Source: Nymphaea colorata (taxonomy: Eukaryota). Taken from it: a stretch of DNA of 64,000 nucleotides. The stretch spans positions 496,001 through 560,000 of the forward strand of contig NC_045138.2 in the NCBI RefSeq assembly GCF_008831285.2, in the 5' to 3' direction. The notes beneath the pieces are model-generated. The model was not told where the DNA came from. It ran no database searches and saw only the letters and a program-made list of their open reading frames with translations. The translations under genes and the position numbers were made by a program. Each line of letters starts with the position of its first letter. Position 1 is the first letter of the stretch. Below are positions 14,214 to 29,631 of this stretch, piece after piece.

Positions 14214-14592
14214 CTATTAATGAAACATGCAAAACCAATAAAAAGTTACTTACCTGATCAATATGCACTACTGTGCATACATTAAATATGACATCCGAGT
14301 TAGCTTAGCTTAGGTAAGCGCCAGAGCTGATGTTCACTGGCGCTTTTTACACGTCAGAACTGAAGAGAACAGATGTCCATGTACCAATAACTTGACACGG
14401 ACAGTGTCCATTTACTAGAGCATTTCATCGTATGATCACCACAAGGTATGTGTTAATAAAGGTTTTGACAAGCCAAACAGACTATATTGATCCCATCTGT
14501 ATTGCCCATTTAAGGGCCGAACAAAAGAATGCTATATAGCTCATAGTTGATACTTTTTGAAAAAAAAATAAAAACCAATTCAAGCATTTGTG

Positions 14593-14691
<99 letters not shown>

Positions 14692-15015
14692 GTCATGGCC
14701 ACAGAAAATGCATGGTAAAAATGAAAAAAGTAAGTAAACTGAAAAAGGGTAAAAAAGCCGTTTAAAAAAACGCTAATAGGCGTTTTCATTTTTTTAAAGG
14801 TCAAACTGCTTGTTTTTTCATTTTTGTTGTTCTTAATAATTTTTAAGTTTTTAAATTTTTTTAAAAATTTAGCATCTTTTTTCATTTTTTTTCCTTTTTC
14901 TTCAAGCTCATCATATTATTCACCGGAGAAAACCTTGTCAATAAAATGCAAAAACTATATTTGTGACTATATATTTGTGTGTGTATTTCCTAGAATTTGG
15001 ACACTAATAAATATC

Positions 15016-15140
15016 AAAATTGGTGCACTAATCTCAACCTTCCATCAACATGATCATCATATGATTCACAACTTTACACTTTCTGTTAGTACTATCTGAG
15101 GTATAAATCAGATGACTAAGATTGGTGCACACAAATACAC

Positions 15141-15196
<56 letters not shown>

Positions 15197-15322
15197 AAAA
15201 TTGGTGCACTAATCTCAACTTTCCATCAACATGATCATATAATTCACAACTTTACGCTTTCTGTTAGTACTATCTGAGATATAAATCAGATGATCAAGAT
15301 TGGTGCACACAAGCATAGTTCA
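15016..15322 (+). repeat. ~125-bp direct duplication separated by (TA)n
   Basis: aaaattggtgcactaatctcaac..tccatcaacatgatcat...ttctgttagtactatctgag.tataaatcagatga...ggtgcacacaa occurs at ~15016 and ~15197. Confidence 0.85.
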
Positions 15323-15803
15323 TATAAGAGAGAGAGGGAGAGCAAAGCAACATTATTATCTTATCAGCGAACCTAACAATTGGTGCACAAGTATGGTTAA
15401 CAACTAAAATACCTTCAGTTTATAATGAAAAAAAAAAGTAAAAACAAAGATAAAAATAAAAAACCCAAAAAGACTATCGAAAATCTTTTTAATAAATTAC
15501 CAAAATATCCTTCTCTCTTTTCTGGTGAGGCAACTTTCTGTCTATTATCAGAAAATTGGAGTGCTTCTAAATGAATAAACGCGGCGAACACTTATGACAA
15601 ATAGGTTTGCAGGATGTGCAGTCAAACTCATGAACTTGAGCTCGACTCGTTAAGCAAACGACTCGGCTTGAACTAGTTCACTAGCCGAGCTTTAACCGAG
15701 CTTTAACGAATTGAGCTCGAGTGGATCGACTCGTTGTTCACCCTTACTACTAAGTTCTAAAGCTGTGTCCGTACTAGGTGTTGAGATTTTCTTGTGCGTC
15801 AAC

Positions 15804-17760
15804 TTGCACTCATTCGTCAATATAAAGCTAATTAAGTATCGGTGGATACCAAATGCATGGATTCCTCGAAGCCTACTTATAAGATGACTCGGATTTTATT
15901 AAGCAAACTAATCAGTTTCAGATTCATGAGGGCGCTCTTACCATACATATTTTTATAGGCATCTGATTTTAATGTATGCTAATTAACTTAGGGATGTCAA
16001 TGGATTGGATTCAAAACAGGAAAGCCGAACATGGAGAAAAAGAGCATTTTGGATTTAAGAAATTACATCATATTTGGATCTGAAAATGATATCCGATAGG
16101 ATTTGGACTTTGATTTGGACTTAATTTAGGTTTAGTTTATATAAATATCATATACCCAATGTTAATATAGAAAAATGCAGGTTGGATTCAGAATTTAAAA
16201 TTAGATTCTGATTTCAAAGTTAAAATTTGGATATGGATATAGAATAAACATTTTTTCATTGGCATTCAAATCTGAATATGCGAACATTTGGAACATTTGA
16301 TACATCAAATATGGTAAGACCGTAAATATGACACAGAAAATTGTGCTGTTTCGCATGAGGAACATCGTGTGATTGTTTCATGAAGTTTTTCCAAATATTG
16401 GATATATTTGTGCAGTACTTGAACAAATTTACCATGAATTTCCTTAAGGGATCTTCTTGTCAAACTGCCCCTTGAGGAAGCGAAGAGCTTGGCTGGTTGG
16501 ATCTGGACCTGGATCAGGTTTATACTGTATGCGATCCATTTTCAGCCCTACCAAGTCAAGGCCCAAAGAGCAGAGATATAAACCAACATGGATTGTGATC
16601 CAAATCTTTGACGAGTCGGGATGCAGGTCCAAGTTGAGGTTAAGCAGCACAGAAAATGTTCTCAGAAAAAAAATTATTTTACCACATAAATAAATTCTTG
16701 AACATTTGTCCATAGTAAAATAAAAACAAAAAACCGTTTGAAGCACTGCTATATATAGGTTTTATGATTTTTTTACCTCTAGGAAAAAAAAAAGAAAATA
16801 ATTATGATTTACATGAAAATTATTTGTATTTCTAATACCAACAAAGAAACTCTGCCTCAAAGCTTTAGTTTCTTGTGGAGATAACTTTGATGAAGCACTT
16901 TAAAAAATGGCCATAAACAAAATTATTTTATTGTCAAGCAATCTTTTTCCTTTTTCTAAGCAATAAAGATTGTTGGCATTCTCCCTAACTGGGACCTTCA
17001 CACAAGGAAGCAAAGAAAAAGGCATCTGACTTTCATAGTGGTTCAACTCAGTCAAGAATTTTAGTGCCTAACTTTATCCCTGTTCAAAAATATATATAAA
17101 AAATAGTTAGCTTTATTCTTGGGGTCCAACCAATGATTGGGGATGCAAACTGATCCGATTCGGCTCCGAAGTGCTGACACAGTAGGGATGTCCATGGGCC
17201 AGATTTGGATCGGATGTCTCCCTTGCGGTCTTACCATACGTTTGTATATTTGGATTTGAATTCAGATTTAAATGCCATTGAATAAATGTTTATTCCATAT
17301 CCATATCCAAATTTTAAATTTGAAATCTGAATCTAACTTTTAAATTCTGAATCCAACCTGCTTTTTTTATGTTAACATTGGGTACATGATATTTATATAA
17401 AATTAAACCTAAATTAATTTCAAATCCAAATCCTATCAGATATCATTTTCAGATCCAAATATGATGTAATTTCTTAAATTCAATGTAAATGTTTTTTTCT
17501 TCATGTCTGGCTGTTTTAAAGCAATCCATAATGAAATACCCGTTTTCAAAGTAATCTATTGACATCCCTAAGTTAATTAACATACATTAAAATCAGATGC
17601 CTATAAAACTATGGATGGTAAAGAACTCCTAACCTCATCAATCTGAAACTGATTCGTTTGGTTAATCAAATCCGAGTCATCATATAAGTAGTATTCGAGG
17701 AATCAATGCATTTGGTATCCACCGATGCTTAATTTGCTTTATATTGGTGAATGCTTGCAA
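15804..17760. repeat. Diverged ~520-bp inverted repeat (arms 15804-16323 and 17224-17760)
   Basis: For example, atcggtggataccaaatgcat (15838) is the reverse complement of atgcatttggtatccaccgat (17706). Homology continues through a shared TAGGGATGTC MITE end to atggtaagaccg / cggtcttaccat. Confidence 0.9.
17183..17570. mobile_element. hAT-like MITE (TAGGGATGTC family), both ends present
   Basis: Termini are TAGGGATGTCCATGG ... CTATTGACATCCCTA. No TSD is recognisable. Confidence 0.65.
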
Positions 17761-18843
17761 AATGTTAGATCAGGTAAACAATTTGGAAAGAACAGAAAAT
17801 CGGGCGGCAAAATGTTGATCACTTTTTTCTTCTTGTTTTTATCTTAAACGTTCATCATGTTAGATCGGACGGTCTTGATTAAATGGTTGGATGACTCCAC
17901 AGAACCAGAGTTAATATATATATATATATATATATAAAAGGTGAGATCCTTCGGCTATCCAAACCTCCGTTCAATTGTAACCACCCACCCCATGCATTGC
18001 ATCCGACAAACATGATTAGAACATACTGCCCTATATCATACATTAACATTTTTCTATCCAAACCCAAACAAAGAAATCCAAAGATTTAAATATATATTGT
18101 TGCAATCATTTTTACAACAAATTTGATAGAATATAAGTTTTATTGATTTTATATATTTCATTACTCAGTATTTAACGTTCATATCCTTGTGTATATGTTT
18201 TTTTTTTTCAAAATTAACTAAATAGATCCATTATTCGTGTCCGAAAAAAGTAAGAATTAAACAAACCAATGAACCATATATATGCATAGACGGGGAGTTT
18301 TCATAGGACAAAAAAGTTCACACCAACTTTGATTTTTCTTAAACCCGTACTGCAGGTTTCAACCAGCTGACGTCTCTTGATAATTTGAACAAATTGACAC
18401 CAACACTGATTTTTTTTTCTTTCTAAAGCTCCTTAATGCGGGCTTCAAAGTTCAAAATGCTCACGTATCTATTATCTTGACAAGTTGCCCAACTAAATTA
18501 GAGGACGGCTCTCTCTCTTTTTACGTATAGAATATATGTCTCTCCATATATGTTACTTGTGCATGCCTATCAGTCTCTTAAGTTATCCCTCATAAATGTA
18601 ATCATATAAATAGGTAACAGGTATATAAAAAATTGAAAATAAACAAAAACCAATCTTGAAAATTTGATGCTTAAATTGAGTTGAAGCCGAAAAGATAGGA
18701 TTATCCGTTTGAAAACCAATCTTTCCTCTTTTTTTTCTCCTTTTGTTTTTCGACAATCATCTTACTTATCATCTTAATTTTTAATAAAAGAAAGGAAAAA
18801 AAACTTGACAACTGGAGTCCATTTTAAAATTTGGTTATACTGG

Positions 18844-18886
<43 letters not shown>

Positions 18887-19343
18887 ATTTAGTTGGAGTA
18901 CGTGCTGAAGTGGCGACAAAGGCGGGAAGAAAGTTAGGAAGAAGACAACAAATGGTGGGCATGTTTCTGTAGTAGTTGAACAGCATCAGAATAGAGCGGG
19001 AAGCCTCTAGACTTAATTATTGAAAATTTATCTCCTTGTGGCCTCACCAACAGTCGTCCATTTCTTGATTTGCTTCAGTTTGGCCAATCTGCAGCTGTCA
19101 GACTCTCTTTTCTTTAAGCCACTTAGACTTAGTATAGTTGGTAGACTTAGTATAGTTGGTCAAACTGATAAAACAATGAAAAGTCGACCATCAATTCGAT
19201 TTGCACACTCATGCGCAAATCCATACAGCATAGAAGAGACGGCGACTATGACACAAAACAACCAAAATAACTCGAAAATTTTGGACTCCCTGCAAAAGAA
19301 AAGATCGCTTGACTCTTCCAACGAAGCAACACAACAGCATCTC

Positions 19344-22191
<2,848 letters not shown>

Positions 22192-22328
22192 TTCGCTTCA
22201 ACAGAGACGAACAAGGTAAAGATCTGTATCTCCTGAACAATCCGAATCACTTCCACTTAGATGTCCAGAGTGTAGGAGCTCAGTAGCATAGGGGGCTTAA
22301 ACGGAGAGTAAGAAAGAGAGAGACTACT

Positions 22329-22406
22329 AGCGCTTGTTTTTTGGGGAGGAAGCACGCGTCAATACCGGTTTGCGTGTCTCACTGCTGCTTCCTCTTCATT
22401 GGTTTT
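22329..22406 (-). promoter_or_regulatory. Candidate anaerobic-response (ARE/GT-motif) cores upstream of ADH
   Basis: The minus strand has AAAAACCAAT (~22406-22397), GCAAACCGGT (~22373-22364) and AAAACAAGCGC, about 140-215 bp above the ATG. These short motifs resemble the AAACC ARE core and could occur by chance. Confidence 0.3.
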
Positions 22407-25001
22407 TAAAAATCAACAACGGCGGTAGAAGGGTTGAAATGAGAATATATATCAAAATTTAGAATCAACAACTTTTCTAAATACAAAACAAACCGCAAAA
22501 TAAAAGAACATTACAACTCATAAAAAACGAAATAAGAGAAATAAGAAAAGAATAGAAGGACAAAACAAGAAAAGAATAGAAGGACAAAACAGCACAATCA
22601 CCCAGTCGTAGAAGAAAAACGCCGTCTAGCTGAATGATAAAATGAATATCTTCCTGCACAAGATGAGTGATAGACTCCGACGAAGAAAAGGTGTTCCTGA
22701 AGATTCTATTGTTGCGCTCTTCCTAAATACACCATCAAGTTGAAATGAACCACAACCTCCAAACACAACCCCACCAAACAGCCACGTTGAGAGAAAGAAA
22801 AATGAATACCAGACCAAGTAATGACAAAAAACATACCCTTTATTTTTTCTTTAAAAATTTATTTTAAATAAATATAAGCATCTTAATATATTTATAAAAA
22901 ATTATTGATTCAAGTTGATTTTTAAAAAAATTAAGATTTTTTATTATCAAAATATTCATGCTATGAGAGCCACTCGTTTTTACTTCTTGCGAAAGTATTA
23001 TTAAAAAACCAAAAAATAACCAGCTTAATATGCGTTTTGCATGAACCTATTCTTAAGATCACATCTTAAGGTTAAATTGTAAAATACGCACTTTAAAGTT
23101 TAAACATAAAAATTAAATGGAATATATTACTCAATACATATTTATATGTTAATTTATGTAGGTGTAGTACGAAGGACTTGGATGTCACCAAGAGAAACAA
23201 GAGTGCACATTATTTTTTAATGAATGTGTAATATAAGACCACTTGTTTGTTATAAACTTAATACAAAATATTATTTTATATTTTTTCATATGAACTTCCT
23301 TCCTAGTTGGCACAAGAGACACCTCACTCATAGACAATATGTTCTCGTTTTAACTCATATTTATTTTGTTATTTAGTTCAATTGGTTTTCCCGTTATTTT
23401 CGCCTTCCACAAAAGGCGTGGACTGGTGAAGCTCCTTGCGGTGTTTTTTTTTTTTTTCAAACGAATTTAACTGTCGAAATTTAATCAATTTTATAAACGA
23501 AATATGTAAAAATCAGAAGAAGGGTTCATCGCAGTTGGGTAGGTCATAAGCTTCCAAAACGTTCCAAACCCATTAAAGCGTGTTTTGGTACGCCCCATTT
23601 TTAATACTTTCCAGTCGCTCCTTTTTCCATATTTTCAGGTGTTTTTAAAAAATTATAAAATACCAAATCCAAGTGTTATTTTATCACTATTTTTTTCCAA
23701 AATATTTATAATTTAATTAAAAATAAGGTATCTGATCATCCCATTTGAAAAATTAAAATAAAAACCAAAATTCAAAGATTACAATCAATTAATTGAGCCG
23801 TTCAGAAAAATTAACATATATAAAAATTAATTCAAGTAAAAAAAAATTTAACAATACTTTGCATATTAAGGGGGTTTGACTACCTTAATTTTATGCGAGC
23901 GGTCCATCTAACAAGTGGCAAGTGGTGCGCATCAAATTAAACTAAACTGTACATTTCAATTACCATTAATTTAAAATCCCCCTTTTTAATCTGATCCAAG
24001 GGAAACAAATTAATCTTAAAAAATTATTGTTTAGGGAAAAATATATTTTTTTTAAACCTGTATTTTTGAAAACTAATCTGTCCTTTCCTCTTGCCGTAGA
24101 GTCCAGAACTGCGCCCATTACAAAAAGTCAGTTATGTAGATCTTGATCTTGCTACATTGAACTTTATGCATTAAATAGGTACAAGGGTCTAGACAAAATA
24201 ACAAAAAAATGATTCATAAACATTGGTCTTAAGTTTATTATTTTTTGAATTTGATCGCATTTTTATAAGACATAAAATTGAACAGCTCATAAAACTTCAA
24301 AATTTTAATTATGGAGTAATCCTGATTTTTTGTAAAAAAAAAAACCATGTTTTACATCAAATTAGTTTTTTATAAACATATTAGGATGTTTTTATTTTGT
24401 TTAAAATATCTTTTAAGCAAAAATGTAAAGGGTCTCATTTTTATCTCTGATCTGGTTTCTACTAATTTTTCATATATATATATATATATATTCTCCTGTA
24501 TGTGATATTATATTGGCTTCCAATTACAGACTCAAGGGTCCAGCTTTATGGTGACAGTTTGTAACTTGAGCTTCAATAGTTGGAATCATTGTTGATGCCA
24601 ATGTAGCACATGAGTCCAAAGACAATGTGAATTGTTGCTGGGGGGAGGGGGGGTGGTCTTTTTTTTTTTTTATTGGTGGCTTGTTAACCTCTTAGTCACC
24701 CGATATTTTAATGACAAATAAACACTTTTTAATTGGTTTCCCAATTTATCCAAATTCCATTTGAGATAGATCTCTATGTTAATGTTATCTTGTTAACACC
24801 GAAACTGTTTGAGCCCACCTTTTAATCCAAAGAGTTTTTTTCTTTTCTAGATTTTGTATGGGATTTTTTTTTATGATTTTAGTTTTCCCTTAGGGCCTGT
24901 TTGATTGTCAGGTGAAATTTAACGTGGTAAATTTACCATGGTAAATTTTTCTGGAAAAATTTACAAGATGAAATTTCTCCATCTTCCAATTTGAGGCCCT
25001 A

Positions 25002-25160
25002 TTTGATGCACAAGAAGAATTTAACGTGGTAAATTTAATCATGTTTGATGCACAAGAAAATTTTAATGTAGTAAATTTAACCTTGTTTAATGCACAAGAA
25101 GAATTTAACGTGGTAAATTTAACTCTGTTTGATACACAAGAAGAATTTAACGTGGTAAAT
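25002..25160 (+). repeat. 42-bp subterminal tandem repeats of the Harbinger end (~4 copies)
   Basis: The unit tttgatgcacaagaagaatttaacgtggtaaatttaa.. repeats head to tail. Confidence 0.85.
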
Positions 25161-26239
25161 ATTGTTTTTTTTTCTTCTCCTCTCCAATTTGATGTGAGAA
25201 GAAATTGGTAGATGATCTTCCAAAACAACAAGATGCACATGATACGAACAACAGTTATATGTAAAAAAAAAAAATAACACAACAGTGCAATATAGTTGAC
25301 AAAATAAAATTTATAATGATAACAAAGTTAGCTAACCCATACAAGTTTAGTGTAATGAGTACATGTCCACAAAAGTTAAATGAGTACAAATCCATAAAGA
25401 AGTTTATGAGTACATATCCAACAAAGAAAACATGTAATCACAAAACCAGTAATCCAACATTTGTGACTACACTTCCATTCTTCAAACTTCGTGTCTTTTA
25501 TATCTTAATTTGTGATGTCATCTTCCAGAGTGGAGGCCTACGTACTTGCACACCATACTTGTTGTGGACATACTTATGCATATGATACTCAGCTACTTCG
25601 AATGTAAAAAGAAAATTGTGTTTTGCTAGTGTGTGTGCCTTCTTGCTGGGCAAAAGCTTTACAAATTTGATATCTGTTTTGTTCTTTCTCTAGCCTTCAC
25701 AGAATTGATTTGTTGTTTGGAATGCCAATGGTGAAATTCTTCTCCAATAAAGCTGATCTGTCTTCAAGTTTCAAGAAAACACAAGTTTCTTGTAAAGTCT
25801 TTTTTGCAAAATGCAGAAAAGGAAGAAAGATAAAAGAGAGGGAAAAAGTCATTCATGTATGATGGTAAACATTGTATTTTTATTTTCACACGGGCTGAGG
25901 GGTGTACTTATTGAAAGAATATGTGAGGCAGTTTTTTAGGTGTTTATTTGATCTTAGATTACACTGTTTCAAAAAAGGCTGCCTATGAGATGGAATGTGC
26001 CTCGTTGCTCCTTTAAAATTGCTTGGCCTTCGATTTTTAATTCAAGACTTTAGCCTTTGTCTCTTTTGATTTGCTTGTCCTTATGTTGGCATCTTGTGCT
26101 GCCACCAACGCATGATAAGTTTGCACAATGAATGAAGAATGGCATCGATGGTTGAGCTGCCCACCCTTTTTTTAGATCCCAGTGATAATGTGGTTGTTTC
26201 GCGTAGCATGCTTATGGTTGCTTTTGTCATCTATGAAAC

Positions 26240-26870
26240 GAACCCGTTTGTTGTTCCAGAAGGTACGTAGTTCCACCAACCAATTCACTCTTTTAAGAAA
26301 CATGTCTGTATAAATAAATTATGTTCAATTGTAGGCAAATATTATCTTGCTGATGGGGGGTATCCAAACATTGTCGGTTTGCTAACACTTTATCGAGGAC
26401 ATCATTATCATATGTCTGAGTTTAACACTCGGGGAGCACGTTCACCTAGAACTGAAGAAGAATTATTCAACCATAGGCATTCATCACTCTGAAATATAGT
26501 AGAAAGAACTTTCGACATGTTGAAAGGTCGTTTTCCAATCTTGAAAATGCAAGTCCAGTATCCATTCCAAAAACAAGCTCAAATCGTTCTTGCTACATGT
26601 GTATTGCACAACTTCATAATTGAACACAATTCAAACGCCGAGCAATTTGATGATGCAGATGCACCTTCAAATGATAACTTTGTCTTAAGCGAACCGGAAA
26701 TTGCAAGCCAAACACATCAGCGAGGAAGCAACAATTCTATGAGAGCAGCAATATCATCTCAAATGTTTACAGATTATCAATTAAATAGTAAGTTTGTTTA
26801 TGAATTTTGACTATTTTTTTCATTTGATTGTTTGACATTTGTTTTGTTTTGAATAGGACAACAAAGATGA
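26240..26870 (+). pseudogene. Harbinger (HARBI1/ALP1-like, DDE_Tnp_4) transposase C-terminal remnant
   Basis: NPFVVPEG | intron 26263-26334 | KYYLADGGYPNIVGLLTLYRGHHYHMSEF...EELFNHRHSSL*NIVERTFDMLKGRFPILK...QAQIVLATCVLHNFI. In-frame TGA at 26490-26492. A probable last intron at 26788-26856 leads to TGA at 26868-26870. The N-terminal part is missing. Confidence 0.88.
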
Positions 26871-26932
26871 TGCCTCGCCAGAAGTACTATATGGTTTTTG
26901 AAGGTCGTGAGCGAGACATATATGACATTTGA
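26867..26932 (+). pseudogene. RNase H1 N-terminal hybrid-binding (Cauli_VI)-like ORF fragment
   Basis: MMPRQKYYMVFEGRERDIYDI* resembles the KYYxVxxGRxxGIYxxW start of the domain, and the TGA sits where the conserved Trp is expected. The match is short. Confidence 0.6.
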
Positions 26933-28264
26933 TTCATTTAGATATTATTTTAATAGCAATCTAGTAGGTAATAGTTGAGATCAAAATAATTCTGAAACCA
27001 TTGCACAGCCCACCCAAACGTTATTAACATTATTTGTGAGTTAGAACATCAGTTGGGTAAGGGATAAAAACCATGCCTCTCAAATTTGTGTTAAAAAGGT
27101 TTTAACTAAAATGCAAACTTCTCAATATGTCTATCAATATTAATTTTATTTAAATCATGTTTTAATTTATTTGTTGTAAAAAAATTGATCTTTAATGCTA
27201 TCAAAATTTTGATTTTCTAAGCACTTGGTTTAGGCTCCAATATATGTGGGCTGGTGTGGGCACTTGCCCACACAAATTGCTTGTCTACGTAGTGGCGCTT
27301 CATAGGCATTTGCTTACTAATTTTCTTGTTCATGTAATGTTTCCCCTTTGTCATTGATTTTTTGATGGGTCTTGCTTTAGCCAGTAGCAGAGCCACATGG
27401 TGTCTGGTGTGGGCATCTGCCTGCACCACCTTCAAAAATTGTTTAATTTTATGTTAACATTTAGATTTTTTTATTGTATATATATATATATATATATACA
27501 CACACATATATATATATATATATATAAGTGTGTCAAAATAATTAAAGATATTGAATTAGCGCCTCCTTCAACTAAAATTTCTATCTCCACTAGTACCATT
27601 GGCTAGAAATTTCTAACTCCAACACCAATAGGCTCGTTTCTATAAATGCATCATGAAATTTGCTTGAATAGGCCGATTTGAATCAAATTGGCAGCAAACG
27701 GACTAAAGAAAGTATACTATTTTTTAATATTTTTTGTAACATATTTATTTTTATACATTTTCCTTTTTTAAACAAAAAATAGTCGATTCAGAATCGATGA
27801 ATTGCCCGATTCCAAACATGCCAATTTTACTCATAAACCAATTTGAATAAAACTCTCTTTATAGGTCTGCTCTTGCCTCAGTGTGCAACAGCTCGGGTCA
27901 CCCGGGCACCCCGCCTAATTCAGGTTTAGGCCCTAGATTTAGGTGTCAGCTGATTCGTTAAGCTAAAGGGGCACACACCCTTCCTAAATTTTCCATAAAT
28001 GTTTAGGTAAATTATTATACTTATATATTAGTACTGTTTTTCATCATCCACAATTTGAGCACCTGTGCTTCCATAAGAAGAATTTTGCTGCGATATATAT
28101 AATGAAATTTGTGAACGGGAAAAATATATGGAATTTTTGAACAGATTATGAAGCACAGTATTGTGCGTGTGCATGTGAGATATAAGCCACCAATTAACTT
28201 GATCAGATAACTTACAAATTAGTCCAGTTAAGAGCTCCCAAATGTTCTTGGATGACTGAAATAT

Positions 28265-28318
<54 letters not shown>

Positions 28319-29350
28319 GGGAAAGATGATCCGACAACACGTACACGGAAGGTGCAACATGTTTGTTTAGGCACCTATATGGAAAGGACATATGTACGTA
28401 TTGTGCAGAGTAGAAAGATACCACCATGTTCAAGAGAAAAAGGGCTATGATCTGTCCCATGCCAACTTGGTCATCACCTTGCTTCTATGATACGCACACT
28501 TTCGTGACTAACTCTTGCCCTATGGCACAGTCTCCGTCTGTCTCTCATTCTTCCTCTCTCTCTATGTATATATATATACCTCACTCTTGCTCCCTCAAAT
28601 CAAATGAAAGATATTGAAACAACACTTACTGGAAGGGGAACATAAATGAAGAAGGTACCTGCCAGATTATTGGACCTTCAATCTTTTAATATATAGACCG
28701 GAAGCTCATGGGTTAGCTTAAGACTTCCAAGACTTAAAAGATTGTGACTTGATTATGCATTATCTGTTTCCCAAAGAATGTGTTTTCATACTTGAAGAGG
28801 TACTTACTTGTATAACAAAGTAAATATTAAATGATTTTAATGTAAAAATAAAAGAAACATTTATGCGGCTCCGCCACTGTTCCCAGGGTTTTTACATGAA
28901 AAGCTAATTTCCACAAACAACTCTGCGTTGTTTTGAAAAAGATTATGCCAGGTGGTTCTGAATTTTTTAGCCCTTCCAGCCATCTCATGAATTGGTGGCC
29001 TGGGGGATTGGTTTTTTATCTTTACTAGTCATTTTGCTGATAGGTAGTCTGATTTGGTTTGAGCAACCTCTTTAGGAATGAGACCCTCTTTTTCTCGCTC
29101 ATGATAAAACACAAAAAAAAAAAACAGACAGACATTTTACTATCACAGACTAATCAAAGAGTACAATAAAGTGCCCTCCTCTTAACTACAGATGAGGTTC
29201 CACACTCCATCAATGAGACCTCCTCCCTTACAAGGCTAATGAAAAGGAAGAGCTATGTGCAAGTTGAAATGTGGTGTGAGAGGCAGTCAGTTTTGAGCCA
29301 AAACAAAAAGACGTTAAAAGGCACTAAATTCAAAAGTTCTCATACTTTTA

Positions 29351-29631
29351 GGACTGTTTGGTAACCGTAGCAAGTTGTTACTGCTTTCACCTACCGGCCC
29401 TAAAAATTTGGGCAGATTCATCAAACACAAGTGTTATAATGTTCTATAAATCTGTCTCAATTTTTAGTGCTTGTTTGGCAACAATAGTAAGTTGTTACTG
29501 TTTTCATGTACCAGCCCCAAAAACTTGGGCAGATTTATAGAACACGGCTTATAATGTTCTATAAGTCTGCCCCAACTGTTAGTATAGGTTAATGAAACAA
29601 TAATAAATAGTTATTGTTGCCAAATAAGCCC
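29351..29631. mobile_element. Tourist-like MITE (29467-29631) preceded by a second diverged left end (29351-~29460)
   Basis: TTA|GTGCTTGTTTGGCAACAATA ... TATTGTTGCCAAATAAGCCC|TTA. The upstream copy TTA|GGACTGTTTGGTAAC shares aagttgttactg..ttca..tacc.gccc and ttataatgttctataa. Confidence 0.65.

Noticed and set aside
25002..25160. Regularly spaced repeats superficially like a CRISPR array
   Set aside because: They are head-to-tail units with no unique spacers, in a eukaryotic context with no cas genes. They are transposon subterminal repeats.
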